A program made the translations under genes and the position numbers. A stretch of DNA of 64,000 bases from a virus. The DNA is taken from IMG/VR virus record IMGVR_UViG_3300032331_000527, positions 32,001-96,000 of that record. One strand, written 5' to 3'. Under the pieces are notes generated by a model. It was not told the DNA's origin, made no database searches, and saw nothing but the letters and a program-made list of their open reading frames with translations. This document shows, piece by piece, positions 57,467-64,000 of this stretch. The first letter of the stretch is position 1; every line of letters begins with the position of its first letter.

Positions 57467-58077
57467 TGGTCGCATATATCTTCGACGGTATTCTGAATCG
57501 CGCAGCGAAAGCTGGTATCTCGCCTTCTACTAAGAGAGATGCTCGTGCATGGTTCCGCAAACAAGCGCAATCTGTAACTGCGAATCCTACACGCATGATC
57601 CGTAGCAACGCTCAGCGATTGACGGATAATCCTATGATTGGTCGTATGTATCTTTTTAACTATGATCCGAAGTATAAAGGAAAGCTCCCATATTATGACA
57701 AGTTTCCGCTCGTTATTCCTATCGGCTCTGGGCGCACTTCTGGATTTGCTAGTAGTGGAGGATCCTTTATCGGACTCAACCTACATTATCTACCACCTAC
57801 GCTCAGAGCAAGATTAATGGATGCGCTGTATGCTACAGCGACTACCACAGAATTGAACGAGACTACTCGACTTCGCATCTCATATAATATTCTTCAGCAA
57901 GCAACTAAGTATCGTTTCTTCAAACCTTGCATCAAGCGATATCTAACTGCTCAAGTACGCAGCAAGTTTTTTTACATAGAGCCTACAGAATGGGAAATGG
58001 CTTTGTTTCTACCTCTTGATAGATTTGTAGGCGCCAACAAGTCACGCATTTATCGAGATAGTCGAGATAGGATCTAA
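57466..58077 (+). CDS. gp2: DNA end protector protein
   Basis: GRMYLFNYDPKYK..LPYYDKFPL, GLNLHYL, KPCIKRYL; ATG overlaps the gp4 stop. Confidence 0.92.
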   Translation: MVAYIFDGILNRAAKAGISPSTKRDARAWFRKQAQSVTANPTRMIRSNAQRLTDNPMIGRMYLFNYDPKYKGKLPYYDKFPLVIPIGSGRTSGFASSGGSFIGLNLHYLPPTLRARLMDALYATATTTELNETTRLRISYNILQQATKYRFFKPCIKRYLTAQVRSKFFYIEPTEWEMALFLPLDRFVGANKSRIYRDSRDRI

Positions 58078-58078
58078 T

Positions 58079-58744
58079 ATGGCTGGACCATTTAATATCA
58101 CAAGTTTCAATGCGGAAATATCAAAGACTGGTATCGCACAGAACTCGTTCTTTATGGCTATGATTAGCGCGACTCCTACTGGACTTTCCGGTAAATTTGG
58201 TTTCACGAATGGATTGTCATTTCGTATCGAATCTGTTAATCTACCTGGAAGAACGCTAACGACGCTAGATCAAAACTATCATGGTCCCGTGCGTCGTATT
58301 CCGTATCGTTTCACACATCAGCCAATCACGTTTAGCGTAATCCTCTCGCGTGACATGCGCGAGCGAGAGTTCTTTATGCAATGGCAAGATTACTTCGTTG
58401 GACAATCAAGAACTTCTGGTGGAACAGGTTTAGCAGAACGCCCGTTCGATAGTCGCTATTACGACACTGGTATTGGTGAAATGGTTATCACGCAGTATTC
58501 TTATCCTATTCAATCATCAAGCTCTACAGCTGTGCCATCGCAAGAATATGTTGAGAGTTACAACATAACATGTCAAGAGGCATATCCATCATCAGTACAA
58601 GACATTCAGTTGGGTTGGGGTGAAGAGGGATACGGTAAATTGCAAGTAGAAATGACGTATCGTTTTGCAACAGAGAAACACTTGACGTTTGGTGACAATA
58701 GACAATTAGCAGCTGAGAAAGCTGTTCAGCAAGCGAATCCATAA
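58079..58744 (+). CDS. Tail-tube-fold baseplate protein (gp54-like tube initiator)
   Basis: ESVNLPGRTL..GPVRRIPY..REFFMQWQD..EAYP..QLGW; lies between gp2 and gp26. Confidence 0.75.
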   Translation: MAGPFNITSFNAEISKTGIAQNSFFMAMISATPTGLSGKFGFTNGLSFRIESVNLPGRTLTTLDQNYHGPVRRIPYRFTHQPITFSVILSRDMREREFFMQWQDYFVGQSRTSGGTGLAERPFDSRYYDTGIGEMVITQYSYPIQSSSSTAVPSQEYVESYNITCQEAYPSSVQDIQLGWGEEGYGKLQVEMTYRFATEKHLTFGDNRQLAAEKAVQQANP

Positions 58745-58765
58745 TAATTTAAAATGAGGTGAATA

Positions 58766-59482
58766 ATGGCATTACCTAAAATATCAGCGCCAAGATTTGG
58801 TTTGACACTACCTTCGAATGGAAAACGTATCTCGTTTCGTCCGTTCCTAGTCAAAGAAGAAAAGATGCTGCTTATGGCGGCACAATCTGAAGATATGCTC
58901 GATATGATTGACGCAGTTAAAGACGTTATCTCTTCGTGTCTTATTAATCCAGATGAGACTATTGATGTTGAGAAACTACCATACTTTGATTTAGAATACA
59001 TTTTTCTCAACATTCGAGCTAAGTCAATTGGTGAAGTTGTTAAGCTTGAGTATCGTCATACAGGTGGAGTTAACTATCAAGGTATCAAGTGTGAAGCAGT
59101 TACGCCTGTTGAAGTTAATCTTGAAACAGTGAACGTAATCAAAGAAGACGATCATATGAAGACGATCCAGCTGGATGATAATCTTGGGCTTGAATTAAGA
59201 TATCCAACTGTAACTGATGTTCGTATGGTATCTGAAGGAGCTGATGAAATCGAGATGCTCGCTAAATGTATCGTGAGCGTTTATGACAGTGATAGCGTTT
59301 ATGAACCTGATAATCTACAAGACTCGTTGGATTTCATTGAGTCTTTGAACAATGCACAATTCACTAAGATTATGCGATTCATTGAGACTATGCCAAAACT
59401 GAAACATACATTTACATATAATTGTGTAGGCTGCGGACAAGAGGATACGGTGACGTTGCAAGGAATGTCCGATTTTTTTTAA
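58766..59482 (+). CDS. gp26: Baseplate hub assembly chaperone
   Basis: MALPKI..LPS..FRPFLVKEEK.LLMA, FDLEYIFLNIRAKSIGE, MPKL, CxxC. Confidence 0.92.
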   Translation: MALPKISAPRFGLTLPSNGKRISFRPFLVKEEKMLLMAAQSEDMLDMIDAVKDVISSCLINPDETIDVEKLPYFDLEYIFLNIRAKSIGEVVKLEYRHTGGVNYQGIKCEAVTPVEVNLETVNVIKEDDHMKTIQLDDNLGLELRYPTVTDVRMVSEGADEIEMLAKCIVSVYDSDSVYEPDNLQDSLDFIESLNNAQFTKIMRFIETMPKLKHTFTYNCVGCGQEDTVTLQGMSDFF

Positions 59483-59661
59483 TGATCCTCTCTCATAATA
59501 CTCTTGCGAATTACTACCGTACTAATTTTTCATTGATTCAGCATCACAAATACTCGCTGAGTGACATTGAAGGTATGATTCCGTGGGAGAGGGATATGTA
59601 CGTTAAGATGCTACTTGATTATCTTGAACAAGTGAAGGACGAACAGGAAAAAAGGCGATAG
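59482..59661 (+). CDS. gp51: Baseplate hub assembly catalyst (gp51-like)
   Basis: SHNTLANYYRTNFSLIQHHKYSLSDIEGMIPWERDMY; ATG overlaps the gp26 TAA. Confidence 0.82.
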   Translation: MILSHNTLANYYRTNFSLIQHHKYSLSDIEGMIPWERDMYVKMLLDYLEQVKDEQEKRR

Positions 59662-62600
59662 ATGGCCAAAGATACTAGAATTGTAGCAGGAAAAATTCAA
59701 GACACAATATACTATTACGCGAGTGATGGTACGGTTGTTGATGAAAACGGTAAACCCGCGCCTGCTAAATTCGCAGTTATGTTTCCTCCTATGCCTGAAA
59801 AAGTTCCCGAAGCTGTTGCTGAAACTCAACCAAAGAAGAGACGCAAAGGTCTTAAGAACGTAGCCGGTAAGATCAGCAACAGTAAATATTACTACGATCC
59901 TACAGGTGCGATTGTTGATGATCAAGGACAACCTGCTCCAGAACGCATTGCAAAGATGCTTCTGAAGAAAGACGAAACAGCTAATGTTATCAAAGAACAT
60001 CTAGCAAAAACAGCTAAACCTATTAAGACTGCATCGTCAAAAGAAATCAATCAGCTTCGAGCTGAAATCAAAAAAATGGTAGGAGCAACTAAAGATGTTG
60101 CTGCTGCGCATGATGTTGTGCTGAAAAAAGTTCCAGAGGCTACGAAAGGATATCAGAACGTTTTTTCTAATCTAGGAACACAAACACAAATGTTGCTTGA
60201 TAGTTTAATCAAGCAGAACGAAGCGTTCCAAGAAAAAGTAATAGAAACAATAACAGGCGTATCTTCTCCTACGCGAGCAGGCGGAGCTGTTCCTTCTTCT
60301 CCTAAGAAAAAAGGAGGAAAAGTTAAAGCTAGAACAGCAGAACATAAAGCTCGTATTGAAGCACGTGCTGCTAATATAGGTAAGATTCGCGCTAAGAAAA
60401 ATATCGGAACGGCAGCAAAGTATGGTGCCGCTGGTGCAGTCGCAGGAACTGCTGCGGCAGTAGGCGCTTATGGTGTAATGAAAGCGACAGGTGCTGTTAG
60501 TAGCTCAACTCCAGCAGCTCCTAGCGCTCCATCTACTACAGCCACCGGTGCTCCTCCTAGTTCTACTCCAGCGCAAACACAGTCAGCACCAGTTCAAGCA
60601 ACAGGGGCACCACAAGCTCCATCTGTTACAGCTACTCCTGCGCCTCCAGCTCCACAACCAAATTCTTCAGTAGGATTGGGTGGCGGACCAAGCGGACAAA
60701 CACCAGAAGATTCTCCTGCAGCTGAAAAGAAAGATCGTGAAGGTGGTGCCGGAGGAAACACACCTTCTCCTCCAGGCACTCCAGCAAACGTATCTGGAAT
60801 GATGCGCCTCACTACTCCTGGTGGTAGACCGTATGAAGTTGCTGCTCCTTATGCTGCTAACTTCAAAGGATTCGTTGACGAGCTAGAGAACAGTGGATAT
60901 AAGATTAAGAGTATCGGTGGATATGCTAATCGTAATATCGCAGGAACAGGAAAGAAGAGCTATCACTCACTAGGCGTTGCGATCGACATTAATCCTGGTT
61001 CTAATCCACATCTATTCGACGGCAGATTACAAACAGATATGCCTGCGAGTGTTGGCGCGATGGCTGCTAAGTATGGATTAGGTTGGGGTGGGAATTGGCG
61101 TACATCTAAAGACGCTATGCACTTTTCTATGGCATCAGGTGAAGGTGGATCTGTACCTGTAGATAGATCAGGTGCTACTCCTCTCCCAGGTGCTCCTGGT
61201 GCTCCTACAACTACTCCTCAAGCAGGTTCTCCAGAAGCTTCACGTCCTTCTGCTTCAACACCTTCTGCTCCAGGTGCTGCTCCTCGTCCAGTAGATCCAG
61301 GTATAGGATCCCCAGAACGTTCTAATGTTCCGTTAGGTTCTTCTAAAGTATCTGAAGGTGAAGCAGGCGAACAACCAAGAGGTAAAGCTGGATTTAAACA
61401 AATCATGGATTCTGCAGCAAAAGCTGGAGATCCATTTCCAGAAGTAGTAGCAGCTCAATGGGCTATTGAATCTGGATGGGGTAAACACATGACGGGTAAG
61501 AATAACCCGTTTGGTCAAACTGGAGTTGAAGGTAAAGATCCAGGTATAAGAATTCCTACCCCAAGGGATCCAGGTGGGGGAAGTAAATTCTTTAGAAGCT
61601 TTGAATCTATTGACGAAGCAGTTGCGTTTCGTGTTAAGAAATGGGCACCAAAATACTCAGGAGCTAAATCTGCTGAAGAAGCAGTTATGATGCTACAGAA
61701 TTATGGGAGAACTCCTAGATACGCTCAGGGTTATAATAATGACTGGATGTCATATGTGACCAGCATATCTGGTGTTATTCGTGGTCAAGGAATAGATCCT
61801 AAAGTTGCGAAGGGTCCAGGAGGAGGAACTCCAGGGTCTCCACAACCCACACAAACTGCTTCTGGTCCCTCTGGTGCACCTGGTTCTCCGCAAGCTGCTC
61901 TTCCTTCTGCTCTTCCTGCTCCAGGTACAGCACCAACTAACGCGACACAAGCAGCCGTAAATGCTAACGCTGCCGCAGGAGGAGATTCGAGTAAACCTGC
62001 TAATGTTTCATTCGAATCTAGCAAGGTAGACGTATCCAAAGTCGATCCTGAGTTGATGAAGAGATTCTATCAAGCAGCTGCTGCATATGGTGGACCTATT
62101 AGAATCAACTCTGCTTATCGTGACGATGAATATCAAGCACAGCTATGGGTTCGTGGTAATATCCTACATGAGCCAGGAATTCATATTCCAGCGAAGCCTG
62201 AGAAGACGATGACGATTAACTATAAAGGTCAGTCGTACACTGTTCCTGGATCAGGAAAAGGTTCTTCTCATGGAAAAGGACAAGCACTAGACGTAAGTCC
62301 TACAACTGCGCTTGATCCATTTCTAGCTAAGTTTGGTTTGGTTCATCCATTTGGTGCTAATGATCCACCACATATTCAATTGGCTGGAGGAAGTAATTAT
62401 ACTCCTCCCGCGAGCGGGACAGCTGTTGCTGGTGCTCCAGCCGCACCTGGAGTCACTCCTACGAGCGCAGCATCTGGAGCACAAATTGCTTCTGCTGCTA
62501 ATCAAAATGCTGTTCAGCAAGCAGCTTCTCCAGGAAGAATAGTACCTATGATAATTAACAACACTCAAAGATTCAACAACACGAGAACTGTCACGCAACA

Positions 62601-62694
62601 AGCAATGTCATCTGGAGAAAGACCATGTGCTGGATTTAATCCTATGACTATGGTTGCAGGAGTTGCTCTAGGTAAAGTTCTGAGGTTATTTTAA
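59662..62694 (+). CDS. Tape-measure-region protein with three murein hydrolase domains (M15 peptidase, GH73-like glucosaminidase, second M15 peptidase)
   Basis: GGYANR..SYHSLGVAIDINP..WGGNW..DAMHF; AAQWAIESGWG..NNPFG..YA; INSAYR..Q..SSHGKGQALDV..DPPHIQ; Pro/Ala/Ser linkers. Confidence 0.85.
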   Translation: MAKDTRIVAGKIQDTIYYYASDGTVVDENGKPAPAKFAVMFPPMPEKVPEAVAETQPKKRRKGLKNVAGKISNSKYYYDPTGAIVDDQGQPAPERIAKMLLKKDETANVIKEHLAKTAKPIKTASSKEINQLRAEIKKMVGATKDVAAAHDVVLKKVPEATKGYQNVFSNLGTQTQMLLDSLIKQNEAFQEKVIETITGVSSPTRAGGAVPSSPKKKGGKVKARTAEHKARIEARAANIGKIRAKKNIGTAAKYGAAGAVAGTAAAVGAYGVMKATGAVSSSTPAAPSAPSTTATGAPPSSTPAQTQSAPVQATGAPQAPSVTATPAPPAPQPNSSVGLGGGPSGQTPEDSPAAEKKDREGGAGGNTPSPPGTPANVSGMMRLTTPGGRPYEVAAPYAANFKGFVDELENSGYKIKSIGGYANRNIAGTGKKSYHSLGVAIDINPGSNPHLFDGRLQTDMPASVGAMAAKYGLGWGGNWRTSKDAMHFSMASGEGGSVPVDRSGATPLPGAPGAPTTTPQAGSPEASRPSASTPSAPGAAPRPVDPGIGSPERSNVPLGSSKVSEGEAGEQPRGKAGFKQIMDSAAKAGDPFPEVVAAQWAIESGWGKHMTGKNNPFGQTGVEGKDPGIRIPTPRDPGGGSKFFRSFESIDEAVAFRVKKWAPKYSGAKSAEEAVMMLQNYGRTPRYAQGYNNDWMSYVTSISGVIRGQGIDPKVAKGPGGGTPGSPQPTQTASGPSGAPGSPQAALPSALPAPGTAPTNATQAAVNANAAAGGDSSKPANVSFESSKVDVSKVDPELMKRFYQAAAAYGGPIRINSAYRDDEYQAQLWVRGNILHEPGIHIPAKPEKTMTINYKGQSYTVPGSGKGSSHGKGQALDVSPTTALDPFLAKFGLVHPFGANDPPHIQLAGGSNYTPPASGTAVAGAPAAPGVTPTSAASGAQIASAANQNAVQQAASPGRIVPMIINNTQRFNNTRTVTQQAMSSGERPCAGFNPMTMVAGVALGKVLRLF

Positions 62695-64000
62695 TGGCGA
62701 TTTCAAATCTAGTTAAGGGCGGACAGAAGTTCGATCGTCCTAGTGTTGGAGCTTACTTTGGTAAGCGTCCAGCTAATGATAATCCGTCAACGAAAGTCTC
62801 TTCGGATATGATAACGCCCGACGTCGTTCGAGAGATGATGGGTGGCGTTAAAGGTCTCATCGGAGAAATGGCTCGTATTAAAACCACTTGCGTTGATATC
62901 TATAAATCGTTTGTTGGTATCATCAGAGATACGAACAGACTCAACGATGATATTACTCGTAGCTTCAAGCTCGTTAATATCGAGCTGAATAAGAGCAGAT
63001 TAGATTTCCTTAAATCAATAGTGCGAGTATCTGGAAATGAAAATGCTGTTCCAGGTGCTAATATGTCTGCCGCTCCTGGTGTTCCTGTCGCTGATCCTAA
63101 GAAACAAGAAAAGAAAACTGAAGACGATCAAAAATCTTGGTTAGACACAGCTTTATCATTTCTTGATATAGCAGATACAGCAAAAACTGCTTGGGATCTT
63201 GCTAAAGGTGGCGGACGATTTCTTGCTCGTGCGGCTTCTGGTCCTATGTTGTTACCGGCAGCAGCTGGCGCAGGTCTAATAGCATTAGCAGCTCATCGTA
63301 AAGCAGCACAAGAAGCAGATCCACTTGGCGCTGAGAATTTTGATAGAGCAACTGCTTCAGGGGCTAAACGAGCAGAAGTCATTCAAGGACCAGAAGCAGA
63401 TAAGAATGCTCCTAATCCAAATACCGACATTAGTCGTAAGAAATTGTCTCCGCCAGATTTCTTGATGCAACAAGGCATTATCAAAATGCCGTCTGAAGCT
63501 AAGAATGTTATCGCGAGTATCAAAGGCGATATCATTACTCTTAAGGATGGAAGATGGTTTGATAACAAAGTCCAGGTTCTCAATTATCCAGATGGACCAG
63601 GTACTCCAGAGAAAGCTCCTAAAGAACAATCTGATTTTCGTAGTAAAGTAAATGAAGCTATGCAAAAACGAGCTGGCATCGTCGATATGTCCGGTATGGT
63701 TAAGTCTGATGAACTCGTTCGTTCATTCGCGGGGCGTATGGGTCTAGATCCTAAGACTGACTATAAAGCTGAATTGCGTGGAGGGATACCAACAAAGATT
63801 AATGGACAGCCTGTTCCTCGTGAGCTATACACCAAAGAACAAGCAGCAACAGTGGACGCTGCTATTCAAATGGGTAAGATGATGACTGGCGATCCAGAAG
63901 CTATGAAACAAGCTCAATCAAATGCGGCTCCTCCTCCACCTCCTGTCGGAGAAAATGCATCAGGCGAAAAAGAACAGCCTAAACCAGGCGGAGATGATGA
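62694..64000 (+). CDS. Second large tape-measure-region / baseplate hub protein (partial, runs off the right edge)
   Basis: ATG overlaps the previous TAA; MAISNLVKGGQKFDRP.. reads open; helical N-terminus and an Ala/Leu-rich hydrophobic segment. Confidence 0.65.
   Translation, partial: MAISNLVKGGQKFDRPSVGAYFGKRPANDNPSTKVSSDMITPDVVREMMGGVKGLIGEMARIKTTCVDIYKSFVGIIRDTNRLNDDITRSFKLVNIELNKSRLDFLKSIVRVSGNENAVPGANMSAAPGVPVADPKKQEKKTEDDQKSWLDTALSFLDIADTAKTAWDLAKGGGRFLARAASGPMLLPAAAGAGLIALAAHRKAAQEADPLGAENFDRATASGAKRAEVIQGPEADKNAPNPNTDISRKKLSPPDFLMQQGIIKMPSEAKNVIASIKGDIITLKDGRWFDNKVQVLNYPDGPGTPEKAPKEQSDFRSKVNEAMQKRAGIVDMSGMVKSDELVRSFAGRMGLDPKTDYKAELRGGIPTKINGQPVPRELYTKEQAATVDAAIQMGKMMTGDPEAMKQAQSNAAPPPPPVGENASGEKEQPKPGGDD

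Noticed and set aside
62766-62786. PANDN motif reminiscent of alphaproteobacterial ANDN / tmRNA-tag-like motifs
   Set aside because: A single short match that could be chance; not enough to assign host or function.
1-64000. tRNA, rRNA, integrase or transposase genes
   Set aside because: Intergenic gaps are all under about 100 bp, and no such motifs were recognised by eye; a tRNA/covariance scan was not run.

Overview
A 64-kb, gene-dense segment of a large T4-like myovirus genome covering the virion-morphogenesis region. The minus strand carries gp48, gp53, a gp27-like hub, a split gp5, gp25, gp6, gp7-like, gp8, a 2163-aa DUF4815-type protein, fibres, gp13-gp20 and then a further fibre/collagen/lectin cluster. 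The plus strand carries gp4, gp2, gp54-like, gp26, gp51 and tape-measure-region murein hydrolases. A ~12.5-kb accessory island (21.1-33.6 kb) sits between the fibre genes and neck gene 13. Its first part is a tightly coupled seven-gene trans-envelope cassette, the most notable system here: two small membrane proteins, csgF, csgG, a curlin, a FecR-domain protein, a mini-curlin, followed by an intact CHASE2 class III adenylate cyclase. Its second part is an enzyme cluster with two 2OG-Fe(II) oxygenases, a Bug/TctC binding protein, three PP-loop ATPase paralogs and a membrane desaturase/hydroxylase. Non-coding signals include T4-type late promoters, a perfect sigma70 promoter firing antisense into the gp5 region, an RBS-sequestering hairpin at gp13 and a candidate -1 frameshift at gp26/gp51. 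All calls come from reading motifs and synteny by eye; no database search was run. A proteobacterial, possibly alphaproteobacterial, host is an inference only.
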